Position numbers and translations under genes: made by a program. A stretch of DNA of 64,000 nt from Tubulanus polymorphus (taxonomy: Eukaryota > Animalia > Nemertea), in contig NC_134026.1 of assembly GCF_964204645.1 (NCBI RefSeq), positions 6,719,950-6,783,949 on the forward strand, read 5' to 3'. The notes beneath the pieces are model-generated. The model did no database searches. It saw only the letters and a list, made by a program, of their open reading frames with translations, and was not told the DNA's origin. This document shows positions 1 through 36,100 of this stretch, in pieces. Within the stretch, counting starts at the first letter, position 1. Each line of letters begins with the position of its first letter.

Positions 1-11
1 GGTTAGCTTAC

Positions 12-2536
12 CAGTTAACTGAGGAAGTAGAGGCTGGGTGGGCTGATGTGGGCCAAATACCATTCCATGACGTCCTCCTTGTTTCTTTGGTTCTGTCACT
101 GAAATCCACAAGAAGTTGATTTCATACTCTACGGGTCTGAAGAATTAATCATTGATCTAACTATGACAACTCGATAGGATCAATTCAGTTTCAACAAAAT
201 TTTTTTTGTTAATCAGCGATCGAAACCAAATGACATGACGTATCGACCGTCTAAAGAGACCATCGTCAGACTACGAAACGACATTCGATTTTAATCCTCG
301 ACTAATAAATTTCATTTTTTAGATTTGTATTAATCGGGGTTTTAATGTTATTATCTGTTCTCCATGTCTGAGTGTATGGCGGGCTTTTATACTGTTAGAT
401 CTATGAGCTCAATGAATGATGATCAACACATTAGAAACTAACTACAAATACAACCCAAATTATCTCTATATAACACACTAGACCCACGAGTTCTACCTTT
501 AAACTTCTAGTTTCAATTACAGGGTTTATAGAAAAATGCTCACATTCAAAATTGCCTGATTCAATTGTCTAATAGATTTTACGTTCCACAGGAACTCTAT
601 CTGTTGAATAGGGTCCACAAAACACAGCTACACATTTTAGCGCAATCGGAGAAACTTCGAAGAAGAATTATTCACAACTCTCGGAACAAACTCCGCGCAG
701 ATTACACAGAAATCAATCCGTGCTGAATATGACAAATCACTGGAGACAAATGACACTTAAAACAATGATCAGCCATTGTGATACTCAGTAGTGACATTAT
801 TACCTTGTTGAGAGATAGCAGACACAGCTGGTGGCAGAGTAGTCGATATCGCCACTGGCGTTCCAATAGGAGTAGAACTTCCGCTAGATGTGATCACCTT
901 TACCTACAAGACAATGTGTGTACTCCCGATTCAATACTACTGACTCGCAATGACACAATACCGCGCCTCAGTTTTTATAGACTCAGACTATCTTCTTTAA
1001 GCAGAGGGACCAGTTGGCACAGTCATGGCTCAGACTTAAACCAGTCAAAGACTATCTGCCTTCTATGGTCGATCTATCGAGTTAAAACCAGTTTAATGAT
1101 TTAGGATTTTGGACTTAAGTTACCAATGTACATTCTCACCACTTACAGTTCACAATTTTAATCATTTTTAGTAAAAATTCTTCAAAAGGTAATTTCACGT
1201 AACTCCCGAAGATATTACTTACCTCATCATTAATACGAGTCTCCTTCGTTTCCTCTTCTACGCTTTCCTCTTCACTGTCCAACGAACCGGATTTCAAGAA
1301 AGCCTGCAACTGTGCCGTCGGGCGTTTCTTCCACTGAATATAGTCCATGAAATTACCACCGTGTTGGAGGAAGAACAATTCGGTTAAATGTTCCACGTAT
1401 TTCTCTCTGAGCACGTTCAGATCGAGCTCGTTTAAATCAGTGATCTTTTTGCGATAATTCCCGATTTCCTCGCTCGCCGGCGGCTTGATTTCCAGTTTGA
1501 TTTTCTTCCTCGGAACGACCGGACTTGATCGCGGACTCAGATTCATTGTTCTAACACCAGGTGTCAGGACCGAACCGGCCCCCGTCGAACTGATATTTAT
1601 CCGCACAGGCGGCTTGACAGTTTGTTGCGATTGATTTGAAGCTGTATCGAGTTGAATGATTGGAGAACTCATTAGTTGCTGGTGAGTTTGCGAACTCAAC
1701 AGTTGTGGACTGTTTTGCGAACTCACGAGTTGTTGGTGAGTTTGCGAACTCATGATTTGTTGGTGAGTTTGCGAACTGATGAGCTGTTGATGAGTTTGAG
1801 GACTGTGTTGTTGCTGTTGTGTATTTAGACCGTGGTGATGTATAGTTCCACCAGTAGCACTGATACTAGTTGTTTTACTAGACGCTGCTGCGGCCGCTGA
1901 TACATTAGTCACAGCAATACTAGTTGATGGTACCGCAGCAAGGGCTCCTACAACACATCCAAAATTGATTAAGTTACAAATCAAATTCACAATAAGCTAC
2001 AAGCCGATAGAAACTCCGACATAACGCAAAATATATATATATATATACGTGTAGAGCAGCCTTGTTTCTTAAAACCTCTGCTAGAGCCCATAGGGCCTGA
2101 GGCAAGGATTCAAGAACATAGGGTGCCCCAGGGGCTCTGGCATAGGGTTTAATTCTTTAATTCACCATAAAGGAGCAAGGAATAGATTCACCAAATACTG
2201 TAGGACAGCATTGGTTATTACTCTCCTGTCGAAGTCCTGTGGGACAGCCTTGGTTCTCAAACCCCTTCCTATACATTGAATATATTCACCTATGATACTG
2301 GTGGCAGCTGTTGTTGCAGGCTGCAGAGATATATTCTGTAACGATCCAGATATAAAATAATGCTGGAGGCTGAGACCCGGCTGTTGGAGGCTGGAGCCTG
2401 GCTGCTGGACCTGAAGGCTAGGGCTCTGCTGCTGTTGCTGGAGGGCAAGTGGAGAAGGTTGCCCCTGCTGGTTTTGGGGTAATTCTCCAACTCTAACCCT
2501 CTGTTTCTTCAAGCCATCGGACAAATCTCTCTGCAT
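12..2536 (-). CDS. EP400: E1A-binding protein p400/domino (SWR1-family chromatin remodeller), N-terminal coding exons; gene continues beyond the left edge
   Basis: Phase-consistent GT-AG exons 2290-2536 (ATG, MQRDLSDGLKKQ), 1223-1947, 804-903 and 12-98. The peptide PRKKIKLE...YVEHLTELFFLQHGGNFMDYIQWKKRPTAQLQAFLKSGSLDSEEE matches the EP400/domino N-terminal conserved block. The N-terminus is Q/S-rich. The helicase domain is not in the window. Confidence 0.85.
1670..1812 (-). repeat. Coding 30-bp tandem repeat (SSQTHQQL-like units, ~4-5 copies) inside an EP400 exon
   Basis: tggtgagtttgcgaact recurs at 30-bp spacing; translation gives SPQTHQQLISSQTHQQIMSSQTHQQLVSSQNSPQLLSSQTHQQL. Confidence 0.8.
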
Positions 2537-3189
2537 CCCAAGTCCCTAAAGTAAGGACCTAAAAAGATCAGTGAAAATGATTTACTAAGATGAATGGCAA
2601 ACTGCCATTAGCTAATCAATTGTAAATTTTGTTGATACCTTATAACCGGTATTCCTGAAGGTGACTATTACTTATAAGACACGATTGTAATATTGAAAAT
2701 AAATCATTAACTAGGAATTTTAGGAAACATTTAACTGTTTTGTCTTTAAATTAAAAATCTGTGGGATTTTCTGTTGATTTACAGCAACAGTTTCTACACA
2801 AGCTCCATTAACCATTTCATTCATGGTCATCCCCATGGCATTTGATCAAATTAAATCATTGAAATTCCATGATTGACGCTTGACCACAATTCAATTCGTG
2901 AAACAGTTGAGTTGAGTATACACATATAAAAAAAGTCGAAATTGAAAGCAGAAACAACGATTTTCAACATGCTATCAATGAAGATTCACTGATCACTTCG
3001 GGAGAATTTTAGATTGAAATGTTATCGGTGATTCGTGATTTATTTACGGGGACTTTCAGGAAAAATTTAAGGCGTTTAATACGGGCAAATAATCAGCTGC
3101 GCCATTTTGGATATTATAATGAAGGCCAAACTAACCAGACAAAGAGTGACAGAATTCACGATGAAAAACTATCCATCCGCGGTTATAAA

Positions 3190-3515
3190 ACCTCAATCCA
3201 TCGAGATCAGATTTTTATGAAGACATTTCGACCGGTTGCACCGAACTGCGAGTAAATTTTATACGATTAATTCGACACCAAATAACGACCAAATTCGCTA
3301 AACTCTTGCGCGCTGAAAATGGCCGGTAACTCTGATGAACTGACGCATGCGCGTTGAGTAGATATACAGGTGGCGCCATGAGACGGGCTCCATACGAGTT
3401 AGGGTTGGTTCGGATCGGTTGGGGTATATCTACACGTATCAGGGTCGAATCGCGCCTCTCGACTGTGTTCCTTGCGGCCGCGTGCCGGGTTCAGGTCAAC
3501 TGAGCGCGTACTCTA
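3190..3515 (-). promoter_or_regulatory. Probable EP400 promoter and non-coding first exon
   Basis: Locally CpG/GC-rich. YY1-like AAAATGGCC at 3316-3324, NRF1-like ACGCATGCGC at 3343-3352, candidate donor GAG|GTTTTA near 3191. Confidence 0.45.
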
Positions 3516-3571
3516 TTCAATTTCTGGACACCGCAAATAAATTGATCAGATTAAAGTAGAATTTACTATTG

Positions 3572-3595
3572 TTTATTACGAGCAAATTCTTTATT
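3572..3595 (-). terminator. Two candidate poly(A) signals (AATAAA) for LIMK, implying a ~2.7-kb 3'UTR
   Basis: tttatt on the + strand at 3572-3577 and 3590-3595, just before the EP400 promoter region. Confidence 0.45.
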
Positions 3596-3878
3596 TCTAC
3601 AGATATGTTACAAATAAAACAAATACTGTATATAACAAATAGCAGTTCCATACAACAGTCTCTATCTAATTCAAAAATAATTGATTATTACATCAGCGAG
3701 CTTCAGATTATTAAATCGCTTAAATTTTGAAAACAATTATGGTTTAACCATGAGTTGTTATCATAAAAAATCAAAAACTATGAATTAATATTTTCATTCA
3801 AGGAACCTCATATTAACAATTTGAGAGTTTGCCGTCATGATATCAGATACATGACTAGATTCAACTTAGAAGAATACA

Positions 3879-4041
3879 AGGCAGGTTTCGATTGGTCTCA
3901 GTAGTACTGATTCCAGCCTAAGTGCGTTTCCACCAGAATACGCTCTGGAATATCCAGTCTAAGAAGTGGTGGAAGCGGTAGAGTTTGTTAATCCGGAATT
4001 GTTATTCCTGAAACTGTAATATGCTCAATCGAAACCTGCCT
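3879..4041. mobile_element. MITE with TIR AGGCAGGTTTCGATTG (Harbinger-like)
   Basis: aggcaggtttcgattg ... caatcgaaacctgcct; a related copy lies at 38766-38941. Confidence 0.7.
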
Positions 4042-5406
4042 ATAATACATTCAGGAAATAAACCACAAAGCCTTGCACATAGTTCTGAGTTTAAGTTCAA
4101 CCAATTCATTACATAATCATTTTAACTGTTAAAGAGGATGCAATTTCAAGAAAACGAAGAAACCAATTCAGCAATCAAATCAAAAATTTTAGTTAAATGT
4201 GAAACTGGTCCCTGGAGTCGAAAATTTCAACACACAACACTGTGGAAACCACCTTCCTAAAGTCACCACATGTCATCAAAACCTTCAGTTCGAAGGCTTT
4301 ATTGATTATTTGTTCAATTAAAAGCACTTTATACATTGTATGCTTATACGAAAAAAAAAAATAGAAAATACCTATATGATAACATCATACTTCGAATACA
4401 TTAGATACTGTTAAAAAAATAGTATGAAACAAGTGACTGATATCTCGACCCGCAAGGAAAATTATTAATTTTAATCATTTCAGTTTGTTCCATCAGCTAC
4501 TAAACAGTAGGGACCCCCGATTCCACAGATTTCACTAAAGAAAGTTAATCAATTGAGTTTTTCAATAATTTGAGTTTTAACGATGAGCGGTGGAACCAAA
4601 CAGTCCCTGTTTTATATCACAATAAGCCAATTACCGGTACCAAGTAGAGTTTAACACTATGTTTAACAAACCATCACATTCATATAGAGTAATTGGGCAT
4701 CCACAAGACACTGCATAGAAATACGCACTCAACATCCTACCACTAACTCCAACTTAGATGACGAATAACCAGCCCATATCATCTAAGCAATTAACCATCG
4801 AATAACAACTAATATTCTACTTAAGACAATGAACAAATCAGTACACGTACCACGGAAGTTGCTTCTCTATAAATTACATATGAATAACCTGGAAAGATTC
4901 GATACAGTAATGTGTTTTTATCATTTACCGATGCCATTTTCTACCCTGATGTTTAACATTGTATAGAATGTATGTGTATATATTCATATATTGGTCTTAG
5001 CTGTGGAAGAAACCAGCCACCCCCCGCCCCGCCCCCGCCCTCTCAATCCAGAGATTCCCCGACCAGCAGTTCTGAAAATTACACCACCCATTGGGTGAAA
5101 ATCTTCATATAGTGAAATATATCTACCAGGCCCATAGCTATGAGCGATCAATCATCTCCGAATAGTATCAAATTATCATCTTCAATAAGAATACCAACAG
5201 GTAAAAAGACTTGTTTAACTGGATCGTTGAATGTTTTTATATACAGTATTTTACACAGTAAACAATGATAATAAATTATCCATTAATATAAAGTGGCGAC
5301 AATCAATTTACATAATACTTTTCAAACCCAGATTGCAAGCAATAATAATAATGATACACAGATAAACATATAAGAGATGAATTGGTCCTGGTATCAAAAT
5401 AAACTA

Positions 5407-5522
5407 GATCCAGTTCCACAGTTATGAGTGAAGATTCGAATGTAAGATTAAGATACCAGAAATGAATTAAATTCCAACACTTTGAGCCAGATTAACCGAC
5501 TATACTGTGTGGAACTGGATCC
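5407..5522. mobile_element. MITE, TIR GATCCAGTTCCACA (abundant family)
   Basis: gatccagttccaca ... tgtggaactggatc. Degenerate relatives at ~6860-6970, 9690-9780, 11335-11417, 38185-38270, 44100-44340 and 52216-52350. Confidence 0.7.
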
Positions 5523-5580
5523 AAGTAAAGTCAAACTTGCTTAAGTCGTCATAGGTGTGACGATCATTATGTAGATGACT

Positions 5581-5843
5581 GTAATTAGTTGAGACTATTT
5601 TCTCGATATTATAGTTGTTTCACCCACAAAATAAATTCAACAAACAGTTCTTATTACTTTTGTTCTGATATTTCGGGAGGATTACTTCCACCCATCTTCA
5701 GAGAATTAATTGAAAACAAATTCATTTAAAAACATTATTTGTCAAATAAATCTCTGAAGATGGGTGGAAGTAATCCTCCCGAAACGTCAGAACAAAAGTT
5801 ATAAGAACTGTTTGTTGAATTCATATTGTGGATGAAACAACTG
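5581..5843. mobile_element. Penelope-like inverted-repeat insertion with a hammerhead-like core
   Basis: ~100-bp inverted arms containing CTGAAGA-stem-CGAAACGTC. Flanked by an 11-bp near-direct repeat tgtagaYgact (5570-5580, 5844-5854). Confidence 0.6.
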
Positions 5844-5878
5844 TGTAGACGACTTATCAAAAAGAAGACTTACATTAA

Positions 5879-6166
5879 CCCTTTCAGTGCTGACTTATCA
5901 ATACCCTATAGTGCTGAAGATAATCTAAAAATTTTGGAAGATTCATTCCTAGTGTGTTGAATAATGGGAATACCACTATAGTGCGTCTACACCATGGTGC
6001 GGTGTATCGTTAGTTACTAGTAGTTCACTATGTTTGACAGGTGCTGCCATTTTTCAAGAGAGATAATTACTTATTACTAATTACATCAATACACCGCAGT
6101 GCGGTGTACTAGCAAAATCCATCACCGATGTCTACACCGCACTGCGGTGTAGACGCACTGAAAGGG
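5879..6166. mobile_element. piggyBac-type MITE
   Basis: TTAA|CCCTTTCAGTGC ... GCACTGAAAGGG|TTAA. A second copy in opposite orientation lies at 14720-14985. Confidence 0.85.
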
Positions 6167-6316
6167 TTAAGCAGGTAGAATTTGAAATAGAAATTGGGAC
6201 TCAAAATAGGGATGGATGAATTAATGATCAAATGACGACTTAAAGGTGTTTGACTGTACACGTTTACTCAAACATTTCTAACAGAGAACTGGATGCTGAT
6301 GAGGTATGGTTGAATA

Positions 6317-26953
<20,637 letters not shown>

Positions 26954-28807
26954 TACTCCTGCCTCACTGTTACTGTATCCTCATAATCAACATAATTAAA
27001 CTAACGAACTTTCCGAGCCCGGTACGACACCGCCAACTGTCAAAATCTTACTCGACTACCGTAACGTGCTGCCGTCTATCAAATAACAGAGGAACCAAAT
27101 TGCTAGAACTAGACTGGTTGCCGGGCTTGAATGCAGGTGGGCGTAGAATTCGAAAGCCAACCTGATGGATGAAGAGGTAGTGAGTTCGAATCCCTTGACG
27201 AGTGATGGAACTCAGATGTAGTACGAATCCTGGTTACCGACTCGTACGTAGAGAGAAAATTCCAAGATGTCTTTTAAATCCCAAAACCAGATTTATTACA
27301 TTAATGAGAATAACAGAAAGTAGAGCGAGAAATTTCAGATTCTAAGTACAAAAACATTCGCAGTAGTATTCCCCATAAACAAACGATATTTTAATAATCC
27401 ACTGACAATTTCTAAACTGGCAAAAAAATTTTCACTGACAAAATGGGACTGGTTTATATTCGATTAACCGGTGCAAAATAGTTAGAGTTCAAATTTTTTA
27501 GTTTTTAGCTATATATATATTATCTAATATATATATACATGTATAGATACACAGTTTTAGAAATGGAAGGTTTTTTCTCGTATTATTCACATTTATAACA
27601 AAAGGAACAGAAAAAATAAAACAAAAACAAAACAAATATAGCCGGGTTGCGTCGGTTTATCAGGTTCTCATCAAAATTGAGTTCAACAGAATTGATTTAA
27701 TTCAAATTTGTTGAACTGCAACATTGCGTCCAATATAATTCATCAATGATTGATGCTCGATTATAGATCGAAATTTTAGACCAAGCTGTTGAAAAAACAT
27801 CTGGAACAGATGTCACTCCTTAACTCTAATTACACTGTTTAACACAGAATGTTATACACTGTATATTGAGTGTACATTTCTTTCAAATACAAAGCGTACA
27901 TTCAACAGATACCTTAAATGAATTAATCCAAATATCAAACCAGTAAACTATCATCAACGTGGAAGAATAACAGTGTAATATTCTCTAAGAAATAATCTTG
28001 AAAATTCGAACTTAGTTTCATCAATGAAAGTACACTGAACTCTGCAGTGGAGTCCACGGTGGAGAGATCTGACTTCAGCAACTGAAGGACTGAAAAGAAT
28101 TTGTCCTGCTTGAGAGCAATCCGAATACGATTATCTAAAAGTTCAGGAAAATATTTCAACAAATTTCCAAGATAAATGGTTATCTTCAAGTTAAACTGTT
28201 ATCTCTTAAGTAAAACTATTCTCTTGGGTAAAACAGTTATCTCGGATTTGAATGGCTATTTTCAAGTTAAACTGTTATCTCTCTAAATGAGTTAACAGTT
28301 ATCTCTCAAGTTTTTTGCTTGCTGTTTTAAATCATCACAGTTGCACAAGTTCTTAAGTTCTAGCATTAACTATAGGGTGAAGCCCCAGAGAAAAAGTGGA
28401 TGGATACATTGTATATTATTAGATAAATTTAAGTTGATAATCAATTAAAAAAACAATTATCATAAATCACTTCTTTAATTAAATGCCTAAAATTAAATTG
28501 CCCAGAACATATTGTCCAGTGACATCTGCCCGAAACGTGTGACATTTTTGGCAATGATTTAACGTTTAAAAAAAACATCGGAAGAATGAAATAATAATGA
28601 TCACAAACGAATCCCTTTCCTTGTATTTGATTTTTGATGAAACGATGAACATGATTGAGATGGTGGTCGATAAACTATTCAAATATGTTGTAATGATTCC
28701 CAAAACCGACAAATCATCGACGTTGCCTTTAAATTGTAAAATGTAAAATATGATTTCCAATCCTCATGTTTTTTTTTCCATCTGGTTAAATCCAAACGCG
28801 GTACGGT

Positions 28808-31458
<2,651 letters not shown>

Positions 31459-31739
31459 TTATCTAAGTCTGAAATAAATGTAGAAATAATGGCACTGTCA
31501 ATTTTCTATGATTGTAGCCGAGTCTCTGAGTGAACTTATTGAACTTATCCTCCACGCACGGGATCCACCTAGTTAGTTACCTAATCGTTGGTGGTAAGCT
31601 TTTTATAATCGGATGGGCTTATACCAACGTTAGGGATGACAAGGACCAAAACACGGTTGAAAAAAGTAACACTTCAAAAATATACTTTCTATTCACTTCA
31701 GTCCACAATTAATGGCTTAAATCACAAACTAACACAGGT

Positions 31740-33165
31740 ACCTTTCGAAATAATCCAATTTTATGTATGTTTCGAGTGGTTAATCAACATTAATTTGAGA
31801 AATTAATTAATTTCTCCACCAATTTCGCCATTGGCCGCCATTTCTCTGTATTGCACATGTGGCATGATAAGACAAGGGGACCTACAAGGATTTATATAAA
31901 ATTTCCAAGACGAAACGACAATTTTTATTTTTGATGGATTTCCAACTTATATTTCAAATCTTCAGGTTTTCCATAATAAATAATGAAATAATAAATTCAG
32001 GTAAAAGAAAAATGTGAATAAGTGTTGATTTCTTAATTTTTTTCAATTTCGTCGTCTCGCTTCGTTAGTTTGTGCTGTTGTCCTGGCCTCAGTCCACAGG
32101 TGCCAGCACCTCCAGTAATTTTCAAAATGGCAGCCGTTGACCCGACGGAAATTTACTCTCACTTTACGGCCGATTTGCACATGGATTAAGATCATCAGGT
32201 GAGGTGTTATAGGTATCAGACAAACTACGAATCTGTTGTGCCTCGATTACAACAAAAAATAGACGGATATCTTTAGAGACAATGAAATGCCAGGCAAATT
32301 ACTCGTCAGTCAAATTGGCTGACGAAGATTTCATACAAAAATGACCTTCCCATTCCTGACTGTGGTTTGTGAAAATATCCGATTGTGAAACTAAACCACA
32401 GACAGGTTACTGACTAGGGATCCACCATGCACCAGCACGGCAGTAGTAAGTTACCTAATCGTTGGTGGTAAGCGGACGAGCTTATACCAACAGTGTGTAC
32501 CGTATGTGGTTTGTGAAAATATCCGATCGTGAAACTAAACCACAGACACAGTCGTTACTGACTAATATTTACCACACACGACAGTCACCACAGCAGTAGC
32601 TCTGACACTCGATTTTGAAAGCCAACATGGCCAAAAAACAACAGACAGACACTGACATAAGGTAACTATAAACTGACCTTACTTATTTATCTTCAATGAA
32701 TTATCCGATTATGTTCCCATTTACGATATAGCACGAAAAATCTGACAAATGAAAAAGTGACAACAATTCTTGATGTTTTGATAAACTGATGCCCCGGATG
32801 CGGAAGTGGAATTCCCTGGGATTCCCTGATACGTCACGGAAATAATTGCGGAAATCCATCTTATGACGTGCATCTTAAAACGACCCTTAAATTAATTAAT
32901 TCAATTCGTATATTTAATGAAATTTGTGAAGACATCAAAAAGTCTGTATAATGAATAGATTGTTATATAGAAATCTGAGGAATCCACGTTCCGTGCTTAT
33001 GAGTCCGTATTTAGCTTATAGTGTTAAGTCCTCATCCGACCTATAGGCGCTACCGTTCAAAATGGCGGCGTCCATAGATTTTTTTTGAACCGACGCGAAA
33101 TTAACTTGTTGTTGTTTTTTGGACGCCAGCTGTATGGTCGAGCAGAACTAAACGGGTGTTTAAGA
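31740..33165. promoter_or_regulatory. Divergent SMIM14/TAF2 promoter region
   Basis: Outward-facing YY1-like motifs: GCCGCCATTT at 31834-31843 and AAAATGGCGGC at 33059-33069. Candidate SMIM14 non-coding exon 1 donor (AAG|GTACCT) near 31741. Confidence 0.55.
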
Positions 33166-36100
33166 TGAAGAAGGATGGGAAGGGAGGCGATGGCAGTCGA
33201 CCCTATCGACTCGGTGAGTTTCATTAATCAGAGAAAACTGTTTAATTTCGGCTGTCTCTGATCGTATTATTTACCGACTGAAACCAGACTGAAATTTCTC
33301 GGTTTGATGTTTTGTGTTGTTGATTATTTTCAGCTCATCAAACGCTATGTCTCACTGGAGTCAACTTTGAAAACAAGTCTCTAGTGGTAAGAGAGAAAGA
33401 GAGAGTCATCATCTGAACACGTCCCTGTTTGTTTCCAATTTCTAAAGTTTTTATCTACATTTTTAGGGCTACGTCGAAATGCAACTTCATCCGATGAAAA
33501 CTGATTTGCGTAGAATCAAAATCAACTGTAAACAATGTCGTATCCTTTAAAAAAAAAAATTACTTTCAAGCGAAGCCAAAGAAATCAAGCGCCGATATAA
33601 ATTTCCAAAAATGTCTTGGGATGAAATTATAGTTGTTTTTCTGAACTGTTTTGTTTATAATAGGAATTTACAGAATATCGATCAATGATTTTAAAGTGGA
33701 GCAGTTTTTATACAATGATCCTGCATTAGAAATTTGTCAGGGAGACATTAAACAGTGAGTATTAGGCTATGTAGGAAAAAATCTAAACATTAACTTATAT
33801 TACTGTTTGATATTCAGTTTCAACCAGTCTCCACTTCAACTTGAAACATTCAGTAGTATAGGAAACAATCTATAACTAATATTACTGTTCAACATGTTAA
33901 ACCCTAGAGCTGAAATGAATTTGATTCAGGTCTACAGTTGTTGACTAAGTGTGAGAGTTTAAAGAGAATTGATTATTTCATCACCAACGTTAACTCTAGA
34001 ACTGTGGAACTGGGTCTCCTGACACTACATGTATCATTACAGCATGTGTTTGCTTCTACAGTTCTTGGTTCCAAAGGTCTTGGTTAGAAATCTAAACTAA
34101 AAACATCTATGATTAACTTACCTGAGTTATGAAACTGTATCCTATATTTAATTTACAAAAGTGAAGCTCAGTTAGAGGTGACTCGGGTCAAACTGTAGTC
34201 TGAATACCAGTTATTGTTACGGTTGGGAAATGATAGCTAGATACTTAGTCAAACTGTATTTCGTCAGTGATATCTATTTTCAGGCGTAATCTGGATTTCT
34301 TTGAGAGTTGTCACGCGACTGCAGTCAGTACGGTCGATCCTAATAAAACAAACGGTGAAATTACGATCAGAATTCCGCCTGACGTCTTCCCCTGTATCTC
34401 GGGTAAGTCTTATCTCCATCCTAAAACCATTGCTTAAAATCCTGAATCGACAAATTTAGAAATCAGTTCATTTCTTCTGGTTGGACTTTATTTTCAAGTT
34501 ATAACCTAGGACTGCGCAACTGTCCTGAGTCCAGAATATAAAAAGTATAGAATTGAAATTGTTTAATTTTGACTCCTATGATTTAATATCAGGGGTTTAT
34601 CAATTCAGTGGGTAATTTCTAAGTTAACTCTGTCTATTTGCACAGGTTTAGGAACACTTAGAGTTAATATCGAATTCTCTCTGGAGAATCCTAAAGGAGG
34701 AATACAGTTTGTCGTACCTAACATCGAAGGATCTCTCAGTGAAAAAGCAGCCCATTTCTTTTCTTACGGATATGAGAATTCTTCAAGGTAAGGAAAGGCT
34801 AACCTAACTTGGGGACACAAAAAACAATCTTCAAACTTGCTGCTGAAGTCATTGTAGTTGAGACGATCATTTTGTTGATATCTTATATCCAATTGATGAC
34901 TTATACTTAGAAGATTGATTTGAAGATATAGATTTGGACTAAAATACAGATGACACATCCAAAAAAGAATCAATAAATTGAAATTTAGATTCTCAATTAG
35001 AGACAACTTAAGTAATGCGACGACTTAACTGGGTTCAAATGTTCATCCCAAATGTAAAGATGATGATATTTATTTGTAGACTGTGGTTTCCATGTATTGA
35101 TACGTACTCTGAGCCATGCACGTGGAAACTAGAATACACCGTAGGTAAAGAAATGACGGCAGTCTCGTGTGGCGATCTCATCGAAGTCATTTATACTCCG
35201 GACATGAAGAGAAAAACATTCCATTATTTCTTATCTACTCCAACTCCAGCACCGAATATTGGATTAGCAGTAGGGTATGTTTACAGCATTTAACGAATAC
35301 ACAACAGTGACTTTCATAAGTTTTTACGGGATTACTGCAATTCTTTACCTGCTCATCTAAAAGTGTGTCAAATATTGATCAGAGCGAAATTGATGTTTGA
35401 AATTTTCAGGCCGTTTGAAATTCTTGTCGATAAAAACATGCACGAAGTCACCCATTTCTGTTTACCACATCTGATGCCGATTTTAAAACAATCGACTGCA
35501 TTTCTTCACGAGGTATACCAGTAGTGATTCGATGAAATATCCATTTGATTAGAATTCAAAAGTGTACCTTTGAAGATCTTTATAAACTTGCGCGTTTTGC
35601 TTTTTCTGCAGGCATTCGAATTCTACGAGGAATTGCTATCAGTTCGTTATCCGTATTCAGTTTATAAACAAGTGTTCGTAGATCAGGCTTACAGCGAATG
35701 TCAACCGTACGCCACAATGACTGTGTTCAGGTAATCTTTCTATACAACTCGAAACCCAACAAAATGGAAGAATGAAAATGCAAAAGTTTATTGAGACCAA
35801 AATGTTTTGGTCGATTCTTAGGAACTTTACCATTATCAGGAGCAATAATGTTCAGAAACGTCGAAAAAGTTTTGGTCCCAATGTACTTATTAGTGATCAT
35901 TGAATTTTTAGTCTTCGATCGTAGGATATCTGTTAACTGTGTGAAACTGTTTATGCCTCGGGTCAAAAGAATCAAGAGGTGGATAAACACTATGATAAAT
36001 TTCAATTGTCTTTAACTTTCATGCAACTGAGGTCGTACTCTTTCTATTTTTAGTGTGAATCTACTTCACTCCTCAGCGATCATCGACCAAACGATGCATT

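Noticed and set aside
99-136. Alternative EP400 acceptor at 136
   Set aside because: It gives an immediate in-frame TAG; the acceptor at 98 keeps the frame open.
27112-27200. tRNA gene or SINE (B-box-like GAGTTCGAATCCC)
   Set aside because: No convincing A box, acceptor stem or cloverleaf could be built. At most a decayed SINE; tRNAscan-SE would decide.
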